Source: an uncultured Thermoplasmata archaeon (GTDB taxonomy: Archaea > Thermoplasmatota > Thermoplasmata > UBA10834). Taken from it: a stretch of DNA of 64,000 nt. The position numbers were made by a program, and so were the translations under genes. The stretch covers positions 448,001 through 512,000 of the forward strand of contig CAVRDX010000001.1 in NCBI GenBank assembly GCA_963719945.1. Direction: 5' to 3'. Position 1 is the first letter of the stretch; each line of letters starts with the position of its first letter. Below the pieces are notes generated by a model. That model was not told where the DNA came from. It did no database searches and saw only the letters and a list, made by a program, of their open reading frames with translations. Of the stretch, positions 19,794 to 30,362 are shown piece after piece.

Positions 19794-20105
19794 TGCTAGG
19801 CGACTGGGGTTGCCGGCCTCTCCATGCGCCAGCTACCCAGAAACCTCCTCGGTCCCGCTTCCCGGTGAGCGTTGATAGTTCGCGGTAAGGCTGCTCCCGT
19901 CAGGGCCTGACCCGATCTCCGCGACAAAGGCAGACACTCCCGCCCTCCGGCAGGAGCATATAGCCCCCTTCAACCCCATCGGACAGGGCCTCACTGTCGG
20001 CTTCTGGACTGGCGCCGGTTCGGTTACGACGTCCCCAGCTGTCACCCCCACTGTCGACGATTTTGGTGTATAAGGACACGCCGAACGTCCCGGTCGAGCC
20101 TAGCA
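19794..20105 (-). ncRNA. ffs: archaeal SRP (7S) RNA
   Basis: ~312 nt; paired ends (UGCUAGG/CCUAGCA); helix 8 GGUCAGGCCC-UGAC-GGGAGCAGCC; helix 6 GGAG loop; T-run downstream. Confidence 0.92.
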
Positions 20106-20376
20106 TGCCGGAATATAAACTACAACTAAAAGGAGTTTTGCTCACAAATATCGTTTTTCAAGCTGAATCTGCGGGGGGACTGGTGAGACATGCCCGTGCG
20201 CGAGTATCGACAGATTCATTCGATTCTCGCTCTCTGTGCAGATAAAAGCTCAGTCAGGTTAATATAGCTATGAATGGGTTTCCCGTCGCAACCTTGGGGG
20301 GAGAGTTTGGACGTTCTTAGCGGCCAACTCGCCTGACACGACGTATCAAGGGGGATATTACGGAGTGGTTTAAGGC

Positions 20377-23010
20377 ATGAACATTTGCAAGAGAGGCATA
20401 GCGTTAGCAATGTGTGCAATAATGGTCTCTATGGCTATTGCGGGACCGATCCTGTTTGTGGCCCCGCAGAATGCGGCTGCCGCGGACCCGGTACGGATGA
20501 CGATTGGTACCTTACAGGATCCTGGAACACTGAACCCGTTCTCAATGGTTCTCAGCATGGCATATACGATCTCGTTCTTGATGTATGATACACTGAATTC
20601 AGTTGAACCAGACCTTAGCTCTGGTCCACAACTGGCACGTACATGGTATCACAACGATGATGGAACTGTTTGGTACTACAACACCTCACAGGATGCATAC
20701 TGGCACGATGATGTCCAGGTCACGGCTGAAGATGTCGCATTTACCTTCAACCTCATTTTGGATAATCCGAAGGATTGCGCGCTCTGGGTTGATTACCTCG
20801 CAAATATCACGGATGTCACTGCTGTGAACGATTTCCAGGTTAGAATAACTACGGAAGTGCCAAAGGCGACGATGCTGAGCATAAATGTGCCGATTCTTCC
20901 GAAGCACGTATGGGAATTGATACCGCTCAACAAGCTCACCACAGCAAGCTACTCGGACACGAACTACTTCCCGAACGGCGGAATCGGATCTGGTGTGCTC
21001 AAGCTGGAGGAGTATGTGCGGGATGATTACATCCTTATGTCAAAATGGGACAGATACTACATCGATACAGCTAATGTCGATGAGGTATTGTACAAGATCT
21101 ACACCGATCCCAGTGCCATGATGAACGCACTATATTCCGGAGAGCTCGATGTCGCAACGGGTGTGTCTACGGAATCGTGGTCAGCAACTCTTGCTAAGCC
21201 ATCGATCGAAGGCCAGGCGGTCAAATCGCTGTCACTCTTCGAGCTCGGAGTCAACTGCATGCCTGAAGATATGAGGGAGAATTTCCCACAGGCAAGCGAA
21301 AACCTTGAGATGAACAACCTCTCGGTGCGCCAGGCCATTGCCATGTGCGTCAACAGGACCTACCTAGTCGATACGGTTCTGAGCGGTCTTGCAGAGGAAG
21401 GCAGCTCGCTGATTCCGAATGCAACTGCTCAGTGGCATTACAATGTTCCTGCGGATGAGGAATTCAAATTCGATCTTGAGGCAGCTGGAGCTCTGCTGGA
21501 TGCTGCAGGATACAGGGATGAGAACCATGACGGCACGCGTGAGAATGTGACAAGCGGTGTCGAACTGGCGGATCTCATATTCTACTACAGAAACGATGTG
21601 CCTGTCGCGGATCAGCTTGCTGCAGAACATATCTCGGATAACCTTGCACTGATTGGCATTGATGCGCCGGACCAGGGTATTGCAGAGAGCACAATGTACA
21701 CATACTGGTACCAGGCCAGGTACGATCTGTATATATGGGCATGGGACACCGATGTAGACCCATCCTTCATGCTGTCTGTCATGACGACCGATCAGATACC
21801 TGATGATCCAACTGACTGGACGGCATGGTCGGATTGCTTCTACGCGAACCCGGTATACGATGCGTTGTTCATCGAACAGCAGAACACGGTGGATTTCGAG
21901 GATCGGCAGACTATCGTCCATGAGATGCAGCAAATACTGTACCGGGACTGTCCATACATCGTCCTCTGGTATCCATATGGCCTGTACGCGTACAGGACGG
22001 ACAGGTTCTACAACTTCCCTGACATGGAGACCTACTCCGGTTCGACGCCAGGGTCGATGTGGTTCTTCTTCGACGTAACGCCAATTGGTGCTAACACCGC
22101 GCCGTATGATGTCGATGCGGGATCTGACCAGACCGTCCTTGTTAATACCGAACTCTCCTTCACAGGAAGTGCGGCCGATATCGAGACCCCGAACCAATTG
22201 ACATATGAATGGACATTCACAGAACCTGACGATTCTGAGAGCACTCTATCTGGTTCGACGGTAAGTTATTTGTTCGAGAACATCGGCGTTGTAGATGTCA
22301 TGCTCACGGTATCGGATCCAGATGGTATGTCCACTTCAGATTCGTTACAGGTGACTGTGGATGATGTTCCCGTGGACAGTGGATGGATCATCGGCCGAGT
22401 GATAGATTCATCCGAGGCACCGATTGCGAGTGCCACTGTTACTGGCGGAATCTACAGCGTGAGCACCAATGCAACTGGCGACTATAACCTGACATTGGTC
22501 GCAGGCACATATACCGTCACAGCCTCGAAGGCAGGATATGGTTCATCCTCTGCCGAGGTGACCGTCGAAGCAGCGACGCATGTCACGCAGAACTTCACGC
22601 TAGCGGTCTCTGTGGGGTCTATCTCCGGTATCATAACGGATGCAGACACCGGCCTTCCGATCGAGGGTGCGACCGTCAAGCTAATTGGTACAACGAAGAT
22701 CGTGAATACCAACGTGACAGGAGCATATTCCTTCGCGAGCCTTGTAGCGGGTACATACACGGTGAATGTCAGCAAGAATGGGTACATCTCGAACGAGACT
22801 GAGGTGGAGGTCGTAGCTGGGGAGGTTACGGAAGTCAACATGTACATGTCCGTTGAACCATCCTCATCGAGCGAAGGTGGCATAAGTGGCACACTTCTAG
22901 CTGTCATAGGTGGAATAATCGCACTGATTGTTGTGGCGCTGATAGTGAGTGCGATATTGAAACGCAAGAAGAATGCGGCACCACCGCCAGAGGAGCCTCC
23001 GGTAGCGTGA
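20377..23010 (+). CDS. oppA: oligopeptide ABC transporter substrate-binding protein (family 5) with PKD and two carboxypeptidase-regulatory-like domains and a C-terminal TM anchor
   Basis: TLNPF, WHDDVQVTAEDVAFTF, VRQAIAMCVNR; PKD-like YEWTF/VMLTVSD; GTYTVTASKAGY-type repeats. Confidence 0.88.
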   Translation: MNICKRGIALAMCAIMVSMAIAGPILFVAPQNAAAADPVRMTIGTLQDPGTLNPFSMVLSMAYTISFLMYDTLNSVEPDLSSGPQLARTWYHNDDGTVWYYNTSQDAYWHDDVQVTAEDVAFTFNLILDNPKDCALWVDYLANITDVTAVNDFQVRITTEVPKATMLSINVPILPKHVWELIPLNKLTTASYSDTNYFPNGGIGSGVLKLEEYVRDDYILMSKWDRYYIDTANVDEVLYKIYTDPSAMMNALYSGELDVATGVSTESWSATLAKPSIEGQAVKSLSLFELGVNCMPEDMRENFPQASENLEMNNLSVRQAIAMCVNRTYLVDTVLSGLAEEGSSLIPNATAQWHYNVPADEEFKFDLEAAGALLDAAGYRDENHDGTRENVTSGVELADLIFYYRNDVPVADQLAAEHISDNLALIGIDAPDQGIAESTMYTYWYQARYDLYIWAWDTDVDPSFMLSVMTTDQIPDDPTDWTAWSDCFYANPVYDALFIEQQNTVDFEDRQTIVHEMQQILYRDCPYIVLWYPYGLYAYRTDRFYNFPDMETYSGSTPGSMWFFFDVTPIGANTAPYDVDAGSDQTVLVNTELSFTGSAADIETPNQLTYEWTFTEPDDSESTLSGSTVSYLFENIGVVDVMLTVSDPDGMSTSDSLQVTVDDVPVDSGWIIGRVIDSSEAPIASATVTGGIYSVSTNATGDYNLTLVAGTYTVTASKAGYGSSSAEVTVEAATHVTQNFTLAVSVGSISGIITDADTGLPIEGATVKLIGTTKIVNTNVTGAYSFASLVAGTYTVNVSKNGYISNETEVEVVAGEVTEVNMYMSVEPSSSSEGGISGTLLAVIGGIIALIVVALIVSAILKRKKNAAPPPEEPPVA

Positions 23011-23125
23011 TCACGTTATCGCAGGCAAACCCTACCAAACCCTTTTCCATCATGCTTTCCTTCGCAGTGATTGCAGGGGACTTCGCTCCAGAATACAAAA
23101 ATGAGGATCTAATGGGTGAATTATA

Positions 23126-24109
23126 ATGCGGAGCATTAGACGAATCTTGATTCGCAAAGGTCTGAATTCTCTGACGACTATCGTGCTTGTAGTGATTCTG
23201 AACTTCTTCCTCTTCAGGGTGATGCCTGGCAACCCTCTGCAGTTCATGGTGCCTCAGAACCCTGAGATTCCCGTGGAATACAAGGAGATGCTTATCGATA
23301 AATTCGCTCTCGACCAGCCGTGGTACACTCAGTTCCCAACTTACCTGTGGAACATGGTTAATCTGGAATTTGGTGATTCGTTCATCTATTCCGGTACTGA
23401 TGCCATGTCCTATGTGATGGATAAGATGGTATGGACTCTAATCCTCACTGGGACCGCCTCCATCCTCATGATCGTCATTGGCATGTCGATGGGAATAATC
23501 TCTGCCTGGAAGCGAGGCAGTGCCTTCGATACGGGTTCACTTGCGTTCTCCCTATTCTTCTACGCGATGCCAACATTCTGGTTCGCGATGATGCTGATAG
23601 TGGTTTTCTCGACCGGGCTACATTGGTTCCCATCCAATAGCGCTCTCACATATGGGACGCAGCTCGAGCTGACATTGGTTTCGATCAAGGACCTGTTACG
23701 ACATCTTGTGTTACCCGTGGCGAGTCTCACCATCGGGAGTATTGCCGCTTTCGCCCTGATCATGCGAGGATCTCTTGTCGATGTCATGACTGAGGAATTC
23801 ATCACCACCGCGAGAGCGAAAGGGCTTCCTGAGTCGAAGGTATTGAAAGACCATGCGGTGCCAAACGCCATGCTGCCGATGGTCGCGCTCATTGCAATTG
23901 ATCTGGCCTTCGTGGTCGGAGGGGCATTCCAGACCGAGGTTGTGTTCAACTATCCTGGCATTGGTTATGCTACCGTCGAGGCAACCTTGAAGCAAGACTG
24001 GCCTATCCTTCAGGCTGCGTTCTTCCTTATTGCAGTGGTAGTGATATTGGCCAATTTCATAGCGGATGTGTTGATCGTGTACCTTGATCCCAGGATTAGG
24101 ATGGGGTGA
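23126..24109 (+). CDS. oppB: oligopeptide ABC transporter permease
   Basis: TARAKGL EAA loop, EVVFNYPGIG, LDPRIR. Confidence 0.93.
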   Translation: MRSIRRILIRKGLNSLTTIVLVVILNFFLFRVMPGNPLQFMVPQNPEIPVEYKEMLIDKFALDQPWYTQFPTYLWNMVNLEFGDSFIYSGTDAMSYVMDKMVWTLILTGTASILMIVIGMSMGIISAWKRGSAFDTGSLAFSLFFYAMPTFWFAMMLIVVFSTGLHWFPSNSALTYGTQLELTLVSIKDLLRHLVLPVASLTIGSIAAFALIMRGSLVDVMTEEFITTARAKGLPESKVLKDHAVPNAMLPMVALIAIDLAFVVGGAFQTEVVFNYPGIGYATVEATLKQDWPILQAAFFLIAVVVILANFIADVLIVYLDPRIRMG

Positions 24110-25110
24110 ATGAAATGTCCGAGATCAAAGAGGAAGCACGAAGCCAAGCGACAAGCATTGTTCCACGAAAGGGATTGCTGTCTGAGCCGACTATTGAGAA
24201 GTTCAAATTATCCAGAAAAAAGGCGAGTCAGATATGGCGGATCTACCGAAAGAACTGGATGGGCATGTTGGGCCTGTCGATCCTGATCGGGTTCATTGTG
24301 ATGGCTGTATTCTCTCCGCAGATAATGTGGGTGCTATCCATAATCGGCGGATGGGATCACGCTTATGAGCCATTTGAGAGGGTAACAACGACCCGCCTTG
24401 TGAATCCACCTTCGCCAGAACACTGGCTTGGTACGGATATTCGAGGGTACGATATCCTGACTAGAGTGATCTATGGGAGCCAGGTGTCTCTTGAGATTGG
24501 GCTGGTAGCGACGCTGGTGTCCATGGGGCTCGGAACTGCAGTCGGCCTTCTGAGTGGATTCTGGGGTGGATGGCGAGACGAGGTCCTCATGCGTGTCACG
24601 GATGTCTTCCTTGTGCTGCCTTGGCTTGTCCTGATGATTGTCCTGGCTGCCGTGCTTCCAGGAGGAGCAAGCGTGGGCAAGGTGATATTCGTGATTGGAA
24701 TCACCGGATGGTCGAGCACTGCCAGGATAGTCAGAGCACAGGTCTTCTCACTCAAAGAGCGGGCATTCATCGAACGGGCCAGAGCCATTGGGGCAAATGA
24801 CTACTATATCGTGAGGAAACACATATTCCCTAACGTATTCCCTCTGGTGTTCGCGAATTCGATCCTCACCGTCGCCCTATCGATTCTGTCTGAGAGCACA
24901 CTGAGCTACATAGGATTGGGACCCCTTCCAAATGAGGTGGTAACATGGGGCAACATGTTGCAGGACGCTGATGATGGCCAAGCCATCCATAACGGCCTGT
25001 ATATGTGGATATTGGTGCCGGGTTTATGTATAGTGATGCTTGTGCTAGCGTTCACTTTCATAGGCTATGCCTTGGACGAGATATTCAACCCCAAGCTCAG
25101 GAAGCGTTAG
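24106..25110 (+). CDS. oppC: oligopeptide ABC transporter permease
   Basis: HWLGTD..G.DILTR..YG, FIERARAIGA, FNPKLR. Confidence 0.93.
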   Translation: MNEMSEIKEEARSQATSIVPRKGLLSEPTIEKFKLSRKKASQIWRIYRKNWMGMLGLSILIGFIVMAVFSPQIMWVLSIIGGWDHAYEPFERVTTTRLVNPPSPEHWLGTDIRGYDILTRVIYGSQVSLEIGLVATLVSMGLGTAVGLLSGFWGGWRDEVLMRVTDVFLVLPWLVLMIVLAAVLPGGASVGKVIFVIGITGWSSTARIVRAQVFSLKERAFIERARAIGANDYYIVRKHIFPNVFPLVFANSILTVALSILSESTLSYIGLGPLPNEVVTWGNMLQDADDGQAIHNGLYMWILVPGLCIVMLVLAFTFIGYALDEIFNPKLRKR

Positions 25111-25156
25111 GTCGAGCCTAGAGGAAAACCCGACGACCAGATCTGAGCGGGTCTGG

Positions 25157-25819
25157 TCAAAATCTTCTTCCTTTTTCGCTCTTGATGCCCGAGAGTTCTA
25201 TTGCCAATCCCGATAGGGAAGCCAGCATCTCCATCCATTTCAACGATTCTATGGTCGGGAACTTGTAGTCAATGGTCCCCGATATCTCTATCCAGCCGAG
25301 TATGTTGTCGTTGTTCCCTCGTATCCAGATATCGAAGTAGTCTCCTTCAATACTGTCTTCTGCAGAGTGTCTCATCGATTCTAGCATTGCAGGACGGTTG
25401 TATGTCTTTGCTTCGCCATCTCCATAGGGATTGTCCTCTGCCAGGAAGAGGATGGTGTCCTTGCTGATCTCCCTCGATTTGTACACCTTCGGGTTGACGA
25501 GTTCCTCTTTCGTGTATGAGAGGCTCTTGTGCGCTTCCCAAGTATCGTGCCTGAGGCCGCCCATATACCTGTACATGAATGCGTTCTTGTCAGGGTTGAA
25601 TAGAGCAACTGTGACTTCCCTTATCCAAAGGCGTCTTCTGATAACTGAGATTACCTCATCGAAGAATCTGTCGAGGTCCATGCCTTGCTTGCGAAAATGC
25701 TTCAGCAGGGTGCTGGTATTGTCCAGAATCTTCTGATAGTCGTCCTTTGAGGAGTACATGTAGTCGAGGCGCAGCTTCCTGCCGACTTCTTCTGTACTTA
25801 CGCTCTGCTTCTTGTCCAT
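25157..25819 (-). CDS. stand-alone GAF-like domain protein
   Basis: Secondary-structure pattern ending ILGWIEISG...LEMLASL-like helix typical of GAF. Confidence 0.55.
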   Translation of the reverse strand: MDKKQSVSTEEVGRKLRLDYMYSSKDDYQKILDNTSTLLKHFRKQGMDLDRFFDEVISVIRRRLWIREVTVALFNPDKNAFMYRYMGGLRHDTWEAHKSLSYTKEELVNPKVYKSREISKDTILFLAEDNPYGDGEAKTYNRPAMLESMRHSAEDSIEGDYFDIWIRGNNDNILGWIEISGTIDYKFPTIESLKWMEMLASLSGLAIELSGIKSEKGRRF

Positions 25820-26028
25820 GGTCACCGCCCACCCAGGATCTCTCTGCCATCGACTCATCCTTCGATGAGACGCAATAGAGTTATGAACTCTATTGGGTCA
25901 TTATGAGTGTCGCATACATTTGGATTTTGGTACATATCGACATCCTCACTTCCAAAGGGTAAAGGGGATGCTGTCGTCTTGATTGCGAAGCCATTATGTG
26001 TCATATCTGGATATTTACCTGGGATCTG

Positions 26029-26592
26029 ATGAAGAAGCGTTGTGCATGGGTCAGCGACGACCCGTTGTCGATAGAATATCACGACAAGGAATGGGGTGTG
26101 CCAGTACATGATGATCTTAGATTATTCGAGTTTCTTGTACTCGAAGGCGCTCAGGCAGGTCTCACATGGATGACCATACTGCGCAGACGGGAGAATTATA
26201 GGAAGGCTTTTGACAATTTCGACCCCGTGAAGGTCGCTGCATATGGTCCTAAAGATATCAGGAGACTATTGTCGAATGAAGGCATCATCCGGAACCGTCT
26301 GAAAATAACATCAGCGATTACTAACGCAGAAGCATTTCTGAAGGTTCAGGATGAGTTCGGGACCTTCAACTCATACATCTGGCAATTCGTCAAGGGGAAG
26401 CCGACAACGAACCCTATGAGAAAATCTTGCAGACTCCTGACAACGTCCGATGAGGCCATCGAGATGAGCAAGGACCTCAAGCAGAGGGGATTCAGATTCG
26501 TGGGGCCTACTATCTGCTACGCCTTCATGGAAGCTGTCGGCATGGTAAACGACCATTCGGTGGAGTGTTACAGGCGGAAAGAGTTGAGATGA
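26029..26592 (+). CDS. tag: DNA-3-methyladenine glycosylase I
   Basis: RCAW...YHDKEWG, LEGAQAGL.W, IIRNRLKI, GFRFVGPT, NDH. Confidence 0.95.
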   Translation: MKKRCAWVSDDPLSIEYHDKEWGVPVHDDLRLFEFLVLEGAQAGLTWMTILRRRENYRKAFDNFDPVKVAAYGPKDIRRLLSNEGIIRNRLKITSAITNAEAFLKVQDEFGTFNSYIWQFVKGKPTTNPMRKSCRLLTTSDEAIEMSKDLKQRGFRFVGPTICYAFMEAVGMVNDHSVECYRRKELR

Positions 26593-26808
26593 TTCCTGTA
26601 AGCGTGGATATGGATTGCCACTATGTCTATCGGGCTGTCGATTGCCAAGAGATCCAGAGCGATCTCTGGATACTGGGTTATCGAGCAAGGACCGCGATCA
26701 TTGTGGCCAAAATGATTAGAATCATGATCATCCCTGGTCGGGTCACATAGTTGGGTTCGAGATTGGTCCGCCCCAAGATTTAATTATCTCGCCGACCTCG
26801 TAGGTTGG

Positions 26809-27198
26809 ATGCGATGTTCTCATTGCGAGAAGTGTTGTCGCGATACGGAAATGGAGCTGTGCAATGCCGATATAGCGCGACTTGTGCGGAAGGGTTATGC
26901 TCAAGAGGATTTCGTGCATCGGGACACTGATGGAATACCCAGGCTTCGCAATACCGGAGGCCACTGCTTCTTCTATGATCCTGAAATGAAACGATGCAAG
27001 GAGTACTCGCGCAGGCCTTTAGGCTGCGTCATCTACCCTGTGAACATGTCGATTGATGGTGAAGTGTTGGTCGATGAACTCTGTCCTGAGGCTACCTCGG
27101 TCAGCAGCGAAGAGCTGGATAGCAAGGGACGACGGCTCCGTATGTTGCTAGATACAATCACCCTTGAGGCAAAGATGCATGATACTCGAGGGAAATGA
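26809..27198 (+). CDS. YkgJ-family cysteine-cluster protein
   Basis: CSHCEKCC...CFFY...CKEY..RP.GC..YP. Confidence 0.85.
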   Translation: MRCSHCEKCCRDTEMELCNADIARLVRKGYAQEDFVHRDTDGIPRLRNTGGHCFFYDPEMKRCKEYSRRPLGCVIYPVNMSIDGEVLVDELCPEATSVSSEELDSKGRRLRMLLDTITLEAKMHDTRGK

Positions 27199-27320
27199 TG
27201 AGCTCCTATCTAATCTGACGAACTAAGGGGGCGCCACGGCATTGTGTGGTCCGAATCCTGTCAAAATGGGCATCAACACCGAGCTAGACTCGATTTTCGC
27301 ATTTTTACGGTCTTAATAAC

Positions 27321-27360
27321 CGACTAGTCGTCTATATATAAAGCTATATAAGCTATCTAT
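27321..27360 (+). promoter_or_regulatory. tbp promoter with a palindrome and tandem TATA elements
   Basis: CGACTAGTCG palindrome followed by CTATATATAAAG-CTATATAAG-CTATCTAT. Confidence 0.6.
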
Positions 27361-27389
27361 TCAAATACTCTTACGCCGGTGTACTTCCT

Positions 27390-27938
27390 ATGGCAGTAAT
27401 TAAGATTGAGAACGTTGTCGCCTCAGCATCTCTAGGGGTGGAGCTAGACCTTCAGGCGATTGCGATCACACTTGACGGTGCAGAATACGAACCAGAGCAG
27501 TTCCCGGGGCTGATATACCGGCTCAAGGAACCGAAGACCGCGACTCTGCTTTTCAGGAGCGGAAAGGTCGTTTGCACGGGAGCCAAGAGCCTCGAGCAGG
27601 TAAAGATCGCTGTTGGCAAGGTGGTCAAGGAGATCGAAGCCGCTGGCGTTATAATCACGAAAGAGCCAGAGATTGTGGTCCAGAACATCGTTGCCACAAG
27701 CAATCTCGGGGCGAAGATCAATCTCAACGCAACCGCTATCACCCTTGGCCTTGAGAAGGTCGAATACGAACCTGAGCAATTTCCAGGACTCGTATACCGA
27801 CTCGATGTCCCGAAGGTGGTCATGCTTCTGTTCGGCAGTGGGAAACTAGTATGCACTGGCGCGCGAAAGCCGGAAGATGCAGAGACTGCTGTTGACAAGA
27901 TCACTGAAGAGCTGAAATCAGCTGGCCTGCTTGCATAG
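27390..27938 (+). CDS. tbp: TATA-box-binding protein
   Basis: Two repeats of N(V/I)VA...YEPEQFPGL.YR...LLF.SGK.VCTGA. Confidence 0.98.
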   Translation: MAVIKIENVVASASLGVELDLQAIAITLDGAEYEPEQFPGLIYRLKEPKTATLLFRSGKVVCTGAKSLEQVKIAVGKVVKEIEAAGVIITKEPEIVVQNIVATSNLGAKINLNATAITLGLEKVEYEPEQFPGLVYRLDVPKVVMLLFGSGKLVCTGARKPEDAETAVDKITEELKSAGLLA

Positions 27939-28140
27939 AATGAGATTGCAGAGCCAGGCGCCTCTTCTTTTAGAATAGAGTAATCACTTGGGTGGTCCAG
28001 GAATGGATTATCCTCGAGTGTTCCCATTTCATGGACATTTCAATAGCGCTCGTCTTCTTCTTTATTCATCTTCTCGAGGGTCAGACGTATCATCCAGTGG
28101 AGCTCTTGATCCTGTCATCCGCTTCCATTACGGATATACC

Positions 28141-28464
28141 TCAGAATCCAAGGACCATCATGTATAGAACTGCCGCTAGCAGGATGGGCGTGACGAACGA
28201 GCCGAAAATCCCTATTATCAGACATATCTTCCCGACGTGCTGTTGCTCTGGGTCAGGCTTGGTCATGTAAATTATGCCAAGTATGATGCCAGCAATTCCA
28301 ACAAAGAACGAGATGAGGTAGAATAGAATTCGCGTGTTGGAGCTGATGGGATCTTCTGGAATCTCTATTATCGGTCTGAAATCATGCCCACAGTATGGGC
28401 AAGCGAATGCATCAAAATCTATTGTGCGACCACATGATACGCAGAATCTTGATTCCATCGCCAT
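28141..28464 (-). CDS. zinc-ribbon membrane protein
   Basis: RFCVSCGR..CPYCGHDF followed by 2 TM segments. Confidence 0.75.
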   Translation of the reverse strand: MAMESRFCVSCGRTIDFDAFACPYCGHDFRPIIEIPEDPISSNTRILFYLISFFVGIAGIILGIIYMTKPDPEQQHVGKICLIIGIFGSFVTPILLAAVLYMMVLGF

Positions 28465-28774
28465 TCCCATCCCATTATGAAGCATTCAATTCTTGAATAT
28501 TAATACCCTTGCGGGAATTCCGTTATTCCGCAACGAGAGCAATTCATATTGACGTATCTGGATTTGAACGCTTGAGATGCAATTGAGCTTAGAATCATGA
28601 TCAGTTCATATGAATAGTCGATGGCTTCATAGGAATCTTTAAGGAAATATCGAGACGATTTCCTTAAAACGCATGGTTCTCCCAATCACATTCTAATTCT
28701 CTGCTTGCACGACAGACTTCCAGTTCATGACATATTATATATTTCGTATTATGATGTTGCAGTAAGGTGTCACC

Positions 28775-29617
28775 TTGAGGTGCAATCTCATTGGCTTGAG
28801 TGGGTTCTCGCTATCTCTCATCGCAGCCTATATGGTCATTTTTATTGCATTTAATGGGACGTCCTTCGTGTATGGTGGTTGTTCCTCGGATTCGCAACTG
28901 CACACTGATATGTCCTTGCTTGTGCTGCAGATTCTCGTGATCTACCTGATCGGGGTTGCACTGTCTGCATTTACCCCTCTCGGAGCTCTTTTGCAGATTC
29001 CGAGCCTTGCGATATCCCTGCCACTTAATTGGTATCTGGGTCACGGAACCAGTCTATTTAGCGATGCAGCATCATATGCTTTGGCGTTCGCTGCAAATAT
29101 CATCCTTCTTTCCTCAGCTTTCTTGGCAATTGAATATCCTTCGCGGAGACTGTCAATACCACCTCAAAGAAGGCTCACTTGGTGGAACATTCATCATAGA
29201 GAGTTGGCTGCAAAGCCGATTCCCAAGGCTCTGAGGGTCGCACTTATTATGATTGTCACTGCGATTGTCATCATCTCGGCTTCCTTCATGTTCTACGTGC
29301 GCGCCAACGACGTTTCGGACGTCAACGTGGTCATCTTGGTAAATGGATCAATGTACGGTTCCGTGAACTTTACCCTGTATCTAGATGGAGACTCGGTTCA
29401 TTCCGCGACTATGGTATACGATCCCGAGGATCGGGATGGGACGATGATCACTTCATTGGATCTCGAGATGCCATGTGGGTCGCACACTCTAGAGCTGGAT
29501 GCATGGAACAGCACATATGATCTATCTATAGGCACGATTGATAGCATGATCCAGTTCAGAACTCTGCCGTATGAGGAAGAGACGACCTATCTGACTATTG
29601 GTGTCGGCCTGCAATGA
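28775..29617 (+). CDS. hypothetical multi-TM protein with C-terminal beta-rich domain
   Basis: 280 aa ORF with hydrophobic segments. Confidence 0.6.
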   Translation: MRCNLIGLSGFSLSLIAAYMVIFIAFNGTSFVYGGCSSDSQLHTDMSLLVLQILVIYLIGVALSAFTPLGALLQIPSLAISLPLNWYLGHGTSLFSDAASYALAFAANIILLSSAFLAIEYPSRRLSIPPQRRLTWWNIHHRELAAKPIPKALRVALIMIVTAIVIISASFMFYVRANDVSDVNVVILVNGSMYGSVNFTLYLDGDSVHSATMVYDPEDRDGTMITSLDLEMPCGSHTLELDAWNSTYDLSIGTIDSMIQFRTLPYEEETTYLTIGVGLQ

Positions 29618-29680
29618 TCAAATCGTGGAATTCGCAGTCTGCAGTCACCCTTTCGTTTTGCTCGATATTCGTGAGAATCC

Positions 29681-30274
29681 CTATCCATTAAATTCGCACC
29701 GCGTAATTTCTTCGCCAGTGGAATCATGGAGAACATAGGCGCAATAGAGGATGTCCGAGGAAAATGCTTCTGCAGCCAGAATGAAGTAATCTCCTTGATT
29801 CACATATCCATTTCCGGATAGGTCAACCACCTTAAGTGACACGCAGAGATCTCCGATGTATTCGTTTCCGTAGTTCTTGAGGTCCACAGCTATATCATCT
29901 AAATCTGCGGATGACAGGTTGTCCCATGATTCATGATGACTCCCATCTGACAGAAGAATGGTAATATCGGACCAGGGGACTTCCGCTCCTGAACCAAAGA
30001 CCAACTTCATGCCTTCGATTATTGCGGTATTTGTTAGCGAAGTTGTCGGAGTAACCGCTGGGGATGTCCACTTCGTCGGATCATTAGGGTAAGGGTCCAC
30101 ATCATCTGCATAACCGTCGCCATCCGAATCCCTTATCGTATCGTCCCAGGAGTAGTCTGGACTGTAGTAGATGCCCAGTACCGAACCTATGACCACAATC
30201 CCCATGATAGTCGCCATGACTGGCGCTGTCCATTTTCGCTTCCTCGGTATTGGCTTCAGCACATTCATCGCCAT
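29681..30274 (-). CDS. membrane-anchored surface protein with a TSP3-like Ca-binding repeat
   Basis: N-terminal TM; DSDGDGYADDVDPYPNDP; DLSGNGYVNQGD. Confidence 0.7.
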   Translation of the reverse strand: MAMNVLKPIPRKRKWTAPVMATIMGIVVIGSVLGIYYSPDYSWDDTIRDSDGDGYADDVDPYPNDPTKWTSPAVTPTTSLTNTAIIEGMKLVFGSGAEVPWSDITILLSDGSHHESWDNLSSADLDDIAVDLKNYGNEYIGDLCVSLKVVDLSGNGYVNQGDYFILAAEAFSSDILYCAYVLHDSTGEEITRCEFNG

Positions 30275-30362
30275 CTCTCAAATTCGTATTGTTTTCGGTG
30301 GTTTAATGATTTCTAATATTCCGATTGTATGACAACTTCCAATAACGACCGATATGAGTTTC

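Noticed and set aside
26592-26745. Small ORFs and an inverted repeat after tag
   Set aside because: Too short, with no SD or homology cues; possibly a gene remnant but unsupported.
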